From assembly GCF_036321535.1 (NCBI RefSeq), contig NC_087437.1, forward strand, positions 59,832,001 through 59,896,000: a DNA stretch of 64,000 nt, in the 5' to 3' direction. Positions 39,380-50,311 of this stretch are shown one piece after another. This DNA comes from Camelus dromedarius (taxonomy: Eukaryota). Within the stretch, counting starts at the first letter, position 1, and each line of letters begins with the position of its first letter. The notes under the pieces are model-generated. The model was not told where the DNA came from. It saw nothing but the letters and a program-made list of their open reading frames with translations, and made no database searches. The translations under genes and the position numbers were made by a program.

Positions 39380-40855
39380 ATACCCAACAAAAGAGAAGCA
39401 CCAACAGTCCCAGTTAGGGACAGTTTATAAAGCAGCATCACATGTATCATCTCCATCATACAAGATAATCAAAGCACAAGTTTTATCCCTAGCTGGTAGG
39501 GCAGAAAATAGAGGCAGAGGGAGAGAAGACCCATAGATTAAAAGAGACTCGAGAAACACTCACACATCACTGGTAGACATGTAAAATGGCACAGCCACTC
39601 TGGAAAAGCCTTTGGCAGTTTCTTATAAAACTAAGCATAGAACTACTGTAAAAACCAGCTACCGTACTTTCAGGCATTTATTCCATATGTTCGTACAAAA
39701 ACTTGTACACAAATGTCACAGCAGCTTTATTCATAATAACCAAAAACTGGAAACAACCCAGATATCCTTAAATGGGTAAATGGTGAAACAAACTGTGGTA
39801 TAGCTAGACCATGGAATATTACTCAGCAGTAAAAAGGAATGGATTTTTGACACATGCAACAACTTGAAAGAATCTCCAGAGAACTGTGTTGAGTGGAAAA
39901 AAAAAAAAAAGTCAATCTCAAAAGGTTACACACTTTATGATTCCATTTATATAACATTCCTGAAATGACAAAAATATAGAAATGGCAAACAGAATAGTGG
40001 TTGCCAAGGGTGTGTGTGGCAGGGCGGGGGGGTGGCTGTGAAAGAGCAACATGAAGGATCCTTATAATAATAGGATGCTCTGTACCTTCTGGGCATCAAA
40101 ATATCAGGATCCAGGGGCACGGTATAGCTCAAGTGGTGAAACACACGCTTAGCATACACAAGGTCCTGGGTTCAATCTCCAGTACCTCCTCTAAAAATAA
40201 ATAAACCTAATTACCTCCCCGCCATCACCAAAATAAAATAATAATAATAATATTTTTAAAAGATTAAAAACAAAACAAAGCAAACAAAACTTCAGGACCC
40301 TAGTAGTCCTGATATATTGTAGTCTTGAGAGATGGTACCATTGGGAGGAAGTGGGTAAAGGATCTCTGTATTCTTTCTTACACCTACCTGCTCATCTACT
40401 AATATCTCAAAATTAAAAGTTTAATTTACAAAAAGAAAGAAAGACTTAGGAGATATGTAGCCCTTGTCTGGATCCTGATTTGAACAAACCTACAAATATG
40501 CATTTCTAAGACAATTAAAGAATGTGAACACTGCTTGGATATTAGATGATAAGGACTTACTGTTAATTTTGTTCAATATAATAAAGATACTGTGTTTATG
40601 TAAAAAAAATTACTTATATGTTAGAGCTACTTATCAAACTTAAGAATAAAATAATATCATGATATCCAGTATGTGCTTTGAAATAACCCAGGGTTGAGGG
40701 AGAGGGCAGTGGGTGGGCATAGCGACGAGACAGGCTATGAGCTGATAACTGTTGAAGCTGGGTGATGGGGATGTGAGAGTTCATTGTGCTATTCTCTACT
40801 TTTGTATATATTTGAATTTTTCATAATAAAAGGTGCAGGAATTAAAAAAAAAAAT
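39380..40855 (+). mobile_element. Composite old L1 3' ends (L1MB/MC-like inserted in L1MC/ME-like)
   Basis: ctggtagacatgtaaaatggcacagccactctggaaa, cagctttattcataataaccaaaaactggaaacaacccaga, tatgattccatttatataacattc, tggatcctgatttgaacaaacc, ttgaatttttcataataaaa. Confidence 0.88.
40114..40285 (+). mobile_element. Camelid tRNA-derived SINE (long form) nested in L1
   Basis: ggtatagctcaagtggtgaa...gtcctgggttcaatctccagtacctcc...cctaattacctcccc. TSD aaaatatcaggatcc (40098-40112) / aaaacttcaggaccc (40286-40300). Confidence 0.92.
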
Positions 40856-41497
40856 CCCAGAGAGGACACTCACTGCTTTGCTAAAGGCCACATCATCAGT
40901 AAGAAAGAGAAACAAGACTTTAGCTCAGGTCTTCAGACTTTTCCAGCAGAGGCTTGGCCAGCCTTTGTCTCAAAGAACCCTCAAGGCAGGGCCCCCAGCT
41001 GAGCTGTGGGGAAGGTGGCCCAGTGGGCTTCCGGACAGCGCAGGTCCAAGGAGTACTTGGAAGGGCAGGCTTGTGCACTCAGAGCTGTCGCTCTCCAATC
41101 AGTGTGTCAGGTGCTAGGCAGCCTGGCAGCGCCGTGATGCAGGCCACCAGGGCCCAGGAGACCCAACCTTCATCAGAGATGCCACGCGTCAGGCTGAGCG
41201 GGAGGCTGGAGGAAACAGCAAATCCTGCCCCACCTCTTCAACAGAAGATATGGATGTTCTTAGAGGCCATGCAACAGAAAAACTGTGTTCACCTGACCCA
41301 CCTTGGAAAACAGGACTGCCAGATCAGCCTCCCTCCTTCTGATAACATAAGCACAGATGGCCCACCCTGTGCAGACCACTCCCAGGAAAAAAGGCCGGCC
41401 TCACTCAAATGCCACATTCTTCTCAAAGCCTCCCCCAAATTCTTCGGCCAAAGGTGCACCCCACCTTTACCCTCTCACAGCTCTGTGCATATACCCC

Positions 41498-41964
41498 CAT
41501 ATCAGTTATTTACTGCCACATAACAAGTTAACCCAAAACTCAGCAGCTGAAAACAACAAACATTTATTATCTCACAGCTTCTGAGACAATTCAGGCACAG
41601 CTTAGCTGGATGCCCTGGCTCACAGACTGCCATCATCTCGCGGTTCACTCCTGTGTCTGCTGGTGGGCCTCAGATCCCCTGGGCTGTTGGCCAGAGATGT
41701 CAATCCCTTACCATGTGGGCCTCTCCACAGGGCAGCTCATAACATGACAGCTGGCTTCCTCCCAAGCAAGGGCTCAGAGAAAGAGAAAAGGTAACGAAGA
41801 TGGAAGCCACAGTCTTCAATAACATTCTCAGAAGTGTTAAGCCATCATTTCCACCATATTCTATTCACTATAAACAGGTCATAAGTCCAACCCACACTCA
41901 GGCGAAAGGCATGAACACCAGGAGATGAGAATCAGTGGGAGTCATCTCAGAGGCTGCCTACAAT
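41498..41964. mobile_element. MaLR LTR (MLT1F-like)
   Basis: tatcagttatttactgccacataacaag...cccaaaactcagcagctgaaaacaacaaacatttattatctcacag ... ggcatgaacaccaggag...atctcagaggctgcctaca. Confidence 0.85.
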
Positions 41965-43037
41965 ATCCCCCAAAGTCGATGCCTCTGTATGACAGGAACT
42001 TCCAATTCCTTCACTAGAAAATAAAATCAGGAGGGCAAGACCCACATCTGATGCCTGTCTTTCCCCTTCTTCTCCCCTCTAGTGCAGATGGCTGCTCGAC
42101 ATCTGAGAGCAACAATCACACACCTGTCCCCTCCCACACCCTAGCTGCAGAGGCAGACCCAGGTGGCCGGGTTTGGGTCCACATGGCCCCACCTGCTCTG
42201 GTTCCAGCTGACTGGATGACCAATAAAGTCAACAATTCATGGCCTGCAGGCTGGCCAGAAGATTCTCTTTCAGGATCTGAAATGGAAAGTATTAAGAGAT
42301 GATGCCTGTTATGGGGCAGTCATAACAAACCAAAGCCCCACGCAAGCTTCAGTTCCGTAGGAATGGAAAAAAACATTTTCAAAAAGCAGCGTAGAGAGAA
42401 TAAAATGGAGAAGTATAGACAGAAACAAAGATATCATTAGAGGGAAAGAGAAAGAATCACCAAAACAGACGGGTCCCCACAGCTGCCCCAAGTTCCGAGC
42501 TCCCTCGTTCCAGCCCCTCCCATAACAATCCCTCTGCTTGTGTGGATCTGCATGAGTCTCACTTTCTCATAAGAAGAAGAGGAAGAAGGGATGGGGAGGA
42601 GGAAAGTCTAGGGTTCCTGGGATAGCATCAGAGGAGGGCCAGGACACTCACCAGAGTCTGGTAAGACGGAGTTTACTTGGAGTTAGCCACCAAATCAGCT
42701 CAGTCAAAAGTTCACTCCTGTCCCAAGCCCCATGAGTTCCCCAAATGTCACAGTTCCATGATTAATGATGGTAACGGACAAAGCTTTTTATGTGATAGAT
42801 GATGCTTTTAAAAATATCAATATTGAACCTGGCTACCCCAATTCAGTGCAGAAGGAAAACCATCACCCACTGCCCCCCACACACTCACTCACCTCTCAGG
42901 GAGAAGTGACAGACCAGAGTTTAAGATGTGAGTGAGATTAGGGCAGGAACCAGCAAAGCCTAGTTAAGAAGTCAGTCCTGAACGAAAGCAAGAAGCTGGT
43001 GTGAGGGACAGAAGTGGAAAAGCCAAGTAAACTTCAG

Positions 43038-43133
43038 AGGGCAGGGCATAGCTCAATGGTAGAGTATGTGCTTAGCATGCACGAGATCCTGGGTTCAATC
43101 CCCAGCAACTCCACCAAAAAAAAAAAAAAAAAA
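43038..43133 (+). mobile_element. Camelid tRNA-derived SINE (short form)
   Basis: gggcatagctcaatggtagagtatgtgcttagcatgcacgagatcctgggttcaatcccc plus A18. Flanking repeat gaaaagccaag (43017-43027 / 43134-43144). Confidence 0.93.
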
Positions 43134-43614
43134 GAAAAGCCAAGGTTTAAGGCATACAAGGCCTGTGACAGCTCCCTGGAAGATGAGCAGCTCTAAAGCA
43201 GCATTTTACCATCAGAACGCCAAACCCACATGCTGATTCTATTCACTTAGTGGAATCCTTGCCTGCTGAGAGTTCCTATCCATACATGATGGGAATCACC
43301 CCGACCCCTGCTTTCAGATTTTACAAAAAAGTTCAGGTTCATGTCATGTCCCATCACAACTGACTTGGGACTCTCTAGGGGTTTTCACCCCCTGCAGAGG
43401 TCCAGACAGAGGCAGCCCTGCTGATACCCTGTGTTTTGGGGGAGCCTGCCCTCTGGGGGTCCTTCTGATACACAGAGTGGGTACATGGGGGCTGAAGGAA
43501 GAGCTGAGCAAGCCCAGGAAGTAGGAAAGCAGGCTGTGCGTTTGACCAAAAACAATTTCAGGCAGCTCCTTTGGCTGGAGAACAGGATGGCTGTAGGGGA
43601 GCCCCAATTAACTA

Positions 43615-44157
43615 TGCTGGGGGTAGGGGTGAGGCAGTCAGGCACAGCCAAGGCCACAGTGCCTGCAGCACTCTCTGGAGGCCCAGGAACATTCCCAAGG
43701 ATGTCCAGGAGCCAGAGTAAGAGTTGTCGGAGAACAGGTTATTGCTTCGCACAGGAAAGAATTCAAGAGAGAGGCATAGTAAAGTGAAAGCAAGTTCATT
43801 TAGAGAGAGGCACACTCCACAGAGTGTGGGCCTTCTAAGAAGGTGAGACAGAGAGAGATCATGGGGTACAGAGTAGTCAAGTTTTATGGGCTCAGTAATT
43901 TCATATTAACAAGTAGGAGGATTATTCCAACAGCTTTCAGGGAAGGCACAGGATTTCCAGGAATCGGGCCTCCGCCCATTTTTGGACCTTTTGAGGTCAG
44001 CCTAGGAACTGTCACGGAGCCTGTGGGTGTGCCATGAGGCTCAAAGTCTACTGAAAGTTGAATCGGCTGCCATCTTGGTTCTAACCATTTTGTCCTGTCC
44101 TCAATTGCCGTGTCCCTCCTTCAATGGTTGTGCCCGGTCCCCTTCCCTCCTGTCTCC
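43615..44157 (-). mobile_element. ERV1 solo LTR, MER41-like
   Basis: Reverse complement starts gagacagga. It contains caagatggc, ttcctggaa...ttccctgaa, gaataatcc, cccataaaa and aacttgctttcactttact...gaattctttcctgtgcga, collinear with the MER41 LTR consensus as I recall it. The low-coordinate boundary is uncertain. Confidence 0.8.
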
Positions 44158-44637
44158 TAAGCGGGCAGGGAAAAGAAAGGAAGAGCAGGCCTGAGGTTCA
44201 ATCCGAGATGCTCAACCAGCAGGACCTGGTCATCAGCAGCTACACACACGGCTTGGGTAGGGAAACCGAGTCTTCTCCTGCCAGGGGATGATGCACGATG
44301 ACAAGGACAAGGGGAAGGTACGCACTTAATGTCAGCCCTAGTGGTGCTTGCTGGGCACACTGGACTGACGGACCTGGGACCTGACACCACCTGAAGAGGC
44401 GGCAACCCTCGGGCATGCTGGCCTCTGCCTAGCACGTCCCTCGCCCAGAATGCCTGCCTTTCTCCTCCCCAACCCTTAGCCCTTCAGCCTTCAAGGCCCA
44501 GCACAAACCCACCACATCCGCCTCACAGGTTTCCCCTCTGAACTCTGACAGAACTGGCGGCATCTGGTCCACTCTCCATGCAAATCATCCCTCGTGATCT
44601 CCCCAGTCCAGGCTCAGGGCTGCTGACCTCTGACCTC

Positions 44638-44681
44638 TGGCTTTGTGAGCACCCACTGGCTTTGTGAGCACCCATTGGCTT
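44638..44681. repeat. Tandem duplication of a 19-bp unit
   Basis: tggctttgtgagcacccac tggctttgtgagcacccat tggctt. Confidence 0.9.
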
Positions 44682-45519
44682 GGGCTCCCTCCCATTCCAG
44701 CACCCTGCATATGGCTGGAGACAGCAGACCCTTCACAGGTGCCGAGGTGCTGAGAATAAACGCTGCTTGACCTCTTGACAGAAATGAATGCTGGCTGGTG
44801 CCTTTGGTGGCCAAGAATTTAAAAGGGGATCTTGAAAAGTTAAAAGATAGAATCTAATGGTGGGGGATGGACACCAAAATGGAAGGTATTACTGTTCAAT
44901 CAATATGGCAACTATTTTCATTAGTTTACAAAGAGCCTCTGACATTGAGTTAACAGAAAGTGGTCTCTGTCTCCGTCACATTATTTTTAGCATTTCATGA
45001 GAAATCAGCTCAGTTGTCCCTCTTCAGAATAAGAAAACTGAGATGCCTCCAATTTGCTCCCCAGGAGCCTGCAGAAAGCAGTTTCCACTGCAATCACTGG
45101 ACTCATGTTTCAAACTTTTGCTCAGCATTTATTCAGATGTCTTCATTCAGGCAGGTTCCTGAGTATCTGTTTTCCCTTTTGCTCACTTCCACAGGAGAAC
45201 TCCCACACCTCACACCATGCTGAAGCCTGGACATCGGGGCATCACCGGCTACACCAGGAAATCAGAATCACCGTGATTCCTCAAGGCTTGGGGGACCCAT
45301 TAAGAAGTGGTTGTCCAGAAAATCCAAGCTCCTGGTTGTGACCAACCCACAAAGAACGTCCAGCTTCTATGCAGTTTGTCAGAAGCTGCCGGACTTCATC
45401 CCTGGGTAGTTCTAAGTGGGCTTAAGAAAAAGTGCCAAGGCCATGAGTCGGCCCTGGTGTATGGAAGTGACCCACAAAACAGACTGGCTCAAGATACACA
45501 CCTAACAAAGATGTCCTCA

Positions 45520-45960
45520 CCTAATTCACTTGACAAATGCTTCCTGAATGCCTACTGTGTGCCCGGCATTGTTCTGGGCACGGGGAGCACAGCAGTGAAC
45601 AAAACGCAGAAGACCTCCTGCCCTCGTGGAGCCTCCATGTGGGTGCAGGAGACAGACGATCGGAGGGAAAAGTAAAATACATTCTCCATCAGATGAGATA
45701 AGGACTATGAAGCCGGACAGGGGACAGAGCAGGGTGCTCCAGAGGAGGTGAGTACACTTTTACACAGGATGCTCAGGGACTCTCCCTGAGGAGGTGACAA
45801 CGGGACAGAAATCTGAAGGAGTGAGGGAGCAAGCCGTGGGGAGACCCGCAGGAGGGCGGTCCAGGCGGAGGGGCAGGGAAGCTGGTGTGGCTGCGGCTGA
45901 GTGAGCAAGGAGAGCCCAGGAGACACTGAGCTGACCACCAGGGCTCTGCAGAGGGCTTCA
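45520..45960. mobile_element. L2 3' fragment
   Basis: attcacttgacaaatgcttcctgaatgcctactgtgtgcccggcattgttctgggcac...cagtgaacaaaac. Confidence 0.8.
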
Positions 45961-46606
45961 GCCCAGGGGCGTCGAAGGAGACATGAAGACACAGAACCCA
46001 GAGCAGTGACACGAGGACAGGTGGTCCCCAGGAACGCTGCCACTGAAAGCCCCTGTAAGGATGCTACAATGGCCAGCGTGTGGTCTACAGCCAGCCTACA
46101 CCCTGGATCTTATCCAACCCCTCAGGCTGCAGGTGAGGACCTGCCCCCTGGGCAGGGAGAGGCCTTGCCCACGGCGCCCACAGACCAGTGGCGACAGAGT
46201 TAGAAACTCCAGTCAGCTGCACCTGGCGTGGCCTCTCAGAGCCACACAGAACAGGCCTGCCTTCCCTTTCCCCAAATGGCCCCTCAGAAGACCGTGAGTC
46301 CTGTCTTGGGTGGCGGCCTGGTGCCCTCAAGGGTCGACCTCAGGATCCCTCAGCCACCCTCTGGGTCACCCTCCTCTGAAACCACTCTAGTCTGTCAGCG
46401 GCACAGGGCCTGCAGACTGGTACCAGACACACGTCCCCCCCCCCCCTTTTACACAACTCTGTTCCCACCACGATTTGTGATCCAGGCAAAGTCTTCCTAA
46501 CACTTTTGCATCAGAGGCAAACTTTGGCATCCCCAAAGCTACTTCAGATCCCCTCAGGAAGTAGTCACGGTGTAAGCAACAAAGTAGTGAATAATTAAAA
46601 CGCCAC

Positions 46607-46689
46607 GGTGGGGAGGGTAGAGCTCAGTGGTACAGCGTGTGCTTAGCGTCCTGGGTTTAGTCCCCACTACCTCCACTAAAAAAAAAAAA
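46607..46689 (+). mobile_element. Camelid tRNA-derived SINE (short form, internal deletion)
   Basis: ggggagggtagagctcagtggtacagcgtgtgcttagc-gtcctggg plus poly(A). Perfect 14-bp TSD aattaaaacgccac (46593-46606 / 46690-46703). Confidence 0.93.
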
Positions 46690-46781
46690 AATTAAAACGC
46701 CACACAAGAAGAGGAGAGACTTACAGGAGGCGCCCTTCCCTGAAGGCGCTACTCCAGTGGTGTTTATTACTCTAGGTCAAG

Positions 46782-46960
46782 GGCAGCATTTCTTATAGTG
46801 AGTTTTGTGAAACAGCCGTATCTCAGAATGTGGATAAGTATTCCTTAGAAAGGGGTTCTGTAATAGGCTATGTTTGAAAAATACTGAGTTAAGCAAAGTG
46901 AAACTTTTTTTTTTTTTTTACTTCAGTGCTTATCAGAGCTTTTCACGTGCTTCTATGCAG
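46782..46960. mobile_element. MER103-like hAT fragment
   Basis: cagcatttc...aaggggttctg...tgtttgaaaaatactgagttaagcaaagtgaaac...cttatcagagctttt. Confidence 0.55.
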
Positions 46961-48879
46961 CGGGCCCTGGGAGAGGGAAAGCACCAATAACACATGTTGT
47001 TAAGTCCCTGCGTGCCAGGGGCTACAGCTCCTCACACGCCACCTCGGTCCCCATCCGGCCCGAGGACATTTGGACAATCAGTTATCTCCCTTTTCTAAAC
47101 AGAGTCGGCAGCTCAGAGAAGTCAGGCTGCTCATGCAGGGCCTGCTAGGCGGTAGGAGGGGTTAGGCGGTACTAGATGTTGCTGTGACCAGAGGGACCCC
47201 TCCTCCTGAGAAGGCTTCTGAGTCCTGCAGATGCCCCAGGAGTAATGGCAGCTGAGAAAGTCAAGTACCACTTTGTTATTAGCTGGGCTGCGAGGCAGAA
47301 TTCTGGCAAACCACTCTGGAGAATGTGACTGAGGCCCAGAGTCTCAGTGGGACCTCACTCTGCTTGGGCCGAAGCAAGCCTGAGGGGTGCAGGGGAGGGA
47401 GGGAAACAGTGCCCCCGGGCCCCGCCCTTCTCAGGCAGCCCTGTTCCAGCCTGCCTCTCCTGTCTCAAGCGTAGGAGGAAAACTCCAGAGAGAAGGGAAG
47501 CCACAGTCATGCATGTGACCTTTACACGGTGACCATACCCACTAGAAACAGCGTCCTGGAGTCAGATTCTATTTCACCGTCCTCCGGGGAGGCAGCTCTC
47601 CCTCTCCCTTACATCCGACGGCCAGGACAGTGGAGGCAGGGTGAGGACTCACCCCCAGTCCTGCCAACCCCACGTCCACACTAAACTACCCACCTTTCTA
47701 CCCTCAGGCCACTTCACCCCTGAACTAGTAAGCAGAGGCCAAGGGATCAATCAACCAGGGGTAAGGGCACAAGCCAGCCGCCACCTGTTCCATTAAGGAT
47801 TTCAGAGACCGGCAAACCAACTAAAACAGCATCACCGAGTTTAGAGGGCCCTTTGTGACTGCCTTCTCCTGATGTTGAGTGACAGGTAGAGAAGAGACCA
47901 CCCCCAGCATCCCCACCCCTTCTCCACTGCACCGCAGGTTCAGAATGCATGCACATCCCAAGGCAGGACCCCTCCCATTAGATACATCTCTGCCTCACTG
48001 ATGGATGATTAAACATTGATTAAAGACTAGTTTCCTGATTTGGGTTCAAACTGAACGAAGTTATAAAGTTCCACAAACCAGCCTTAAAAGTCTTCTCTGT
48101 TTTATGAATCTGCTATGAGACAACAGTGGAGAACATTTAAGACCCCCTCCAACAGTAGTGAGTAAAAACACAAAAAGCACAGAACCAAGAAGTCCAAACT
48201 GAATATGCCTTTTACTACATTTGCCAGTTTTCACTTAAGAGGGAAAAAAGAAGAAGAAGATGGAATTTTAGAGGCTTTCAAGAAAAGGCTGCACACTGAC
48301 CTCAGTGTTTCAAAGCACGAATGAATGAATGAACTAGAGCTGTCAGACTGATGCTCCCATTTTGGTTCTGTCCCCAGCCTGCAGGCTTTCTAGCCCTGAC
48401 TCCATTCTTTCTCATGTGGGCCTATGAACCTGGGCCAGGATGCACCTATGCATGAACTACCAGAGATTTGGACCAGTCTTGCCCATCCAGCACCACTTAC
48501 CCAAAGTGGATCTAGGAGTCCAACTGTCTGCCTCCAGCGTGAGGAGAGCAAGGCCCCAGGGACAGACTGCTGAAATAAGGATGTTCGGGGGTACTCATGA
48601 TGCCAGGGGAAGGGGGTCTAGGAGCAGGACTGGGCCACCCCCATTCATCTCCAGTCACCCTTGTCCTTCTGTTCTGTAATAGCAAGCATCATAGGAGGCT
48701 TCAAGAAGGTGACTCTGGGGCAGAGGACGCTCAGGGAGCAAGTCCTACATTTTCAGGGAGTTGACAACATTTTGCTTTTGCCTGATCTTTTTACGCACAG
48801 ATCTCCTTAGGAAGCATGAGCAGGATGGGGCTGATAGTGTTGGTAATAATAAAGGTGCTATGATTGCACATTTCAGGTA

Positions 48880-49200
48880 CTTTGATTCCTCTGAAGTAAG
48901 TCCTTTATCATCCCCATTTTACAGATAAGGACACTGAGATCCAGAGAGGAGACTGGCTAACACAGCAGGACGCCTCCCGTTAGATACATCACGTCCAGGC
49001 ACTGTTCTAAGCCCATTTCAAATACTAATTCACTTAATTCTTGTAACAACCCTGTGAACTGTTGTTATCTTCATTTCATAGATGGGGAAATTGAGGCCTA
49101 GGCAGGTTCAGTAACTTGGCCAGAGTCGCTCAGCACATCAGCGAGGAGGCTGCCCTGAGCCCAGGCACTCTGGCTCCAGGCCCTTGTTCCTAATCACTAC
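48880..49200. mobile_element. Two adjacent MIR fragments
   Basis: atccccattttacagataaggacactgag and caggcactgttctaag...catttcatagatggggaaattgaggc...gtaacttggcc. Confidence 0.8.
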
Positions 49201-49589
49201 TCCACACAGCCTGGAGTAACTTCCCAGGGCCATGAATCTAGTGGGTCTCAGAGCCGCAGTTTGTACCCGAGCCTGAAGACCTCGTCTCCATGACAGACCA
49301 ACTCCCTTCTCAGCCTGCTGCAGACCTCCCTGGCTCTGCACTCCCTGCAGACCTTGGGCCTGGGTGTCAAGAGAAGCATGGTCATGGTCACTGACTGACC
49401 CATGCAGTAAAATGGGGCCCACCCTCTGGAATGGTGAGGGGTCTCTCAGAATGTCTGGGCTCCCACAGACCATGGCTGGTGGCACTGCCGGGGGCAGATC
49501 ACTAGCAGGACGTGCAGGATGGGCCCCAGCAGTAGACACCTGCCCCTTGAAAAGTGAGCATCCACAGGCTTTCAGCATGGCCAGGGAGA

Positions 49590-50166
49590 GAGAAGAGAAA
49601 CTTTACAGTGGAGAACCCTGACACATACTCCCTCAGCCAGGTGACCAAGGTCAACATCAACAGCGATAAATCACGTACCCTTGAGACGATGTGATGCACC
49701 ACGGACACAGCGTGATGAAAACGACACTTCCTCCCCCAAAACTCCTAGCTCCCGGCCAGTGATGAGAAAAACATCAGACAGGCTCCAGCTGACAGACCCG
49801 CTGCAAACTGTCCGACCAGTACTCCTCAGAACTGTCAAGGTGATCAGAAACAAGGCAAGGTGGAGAAGATTTCACTGCCAAGGGAAGCCTGTGGAGACAC
49901 GACAACCAAATGTAATGTGGTGTCCTGGATGGGTCCTGGGACAGAGAAAGGGCCTTAGACTAAAACTAAGCGCATGTGAATAGTGCGGCCTCTAGATAAT
50001 AATAATGTGTCCATATGGTTTATTAACTGTAACCAATATACTGCATAAATGTAATATGTTAATAATAGGGGAAATTGGATGTGGGGCTATGGGAACTCTC
50101 CGTGCTGTCTTTACATTTTTCCATAAATCTAAAACTGTTCTAAAACAAAGTTTATTTTTAAAAAAA
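49590..50166 (+). mobile_element. L1MC-like 3' end
   Basis: aactttacagtggagaaccctgac, ccagtactcctcagaactgtcaaggtgatcagaaacaagg, aaatgtaatgtggtgtcctggatgg, atgggaactctc...aaatctaaaactgttctaaaa. Confidence 0.85.
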
Positions 50167-50175
50167 TGACTGCTT

Positions 50176-50311
50176 GGGGAGGGAGAGGGTATAGCTCAGT
50201 GGTAGAGTGTGTGCTTAGCATGCACAAGGTCCTGGGTTCAATCCCCAGTGCCTCCATTAAAAATTAGATACATAAATAAATAAGCCTAATTACCTCTTTC
50301 ACAATAGAAAT
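50176..50311 (+). mobile_element. Camelid tRNA-derived SINE (long form)
   Basis: gagggtatagctcagtggtagagtgtgtgcttagcatgcacaaggtcctgggttcaatccccagt. TSD aaaaaatgactgct (50161-50174) / aaaaagtgactgct (50312-50325), inserted in an L1 A-tail. Confidence 0.94.
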
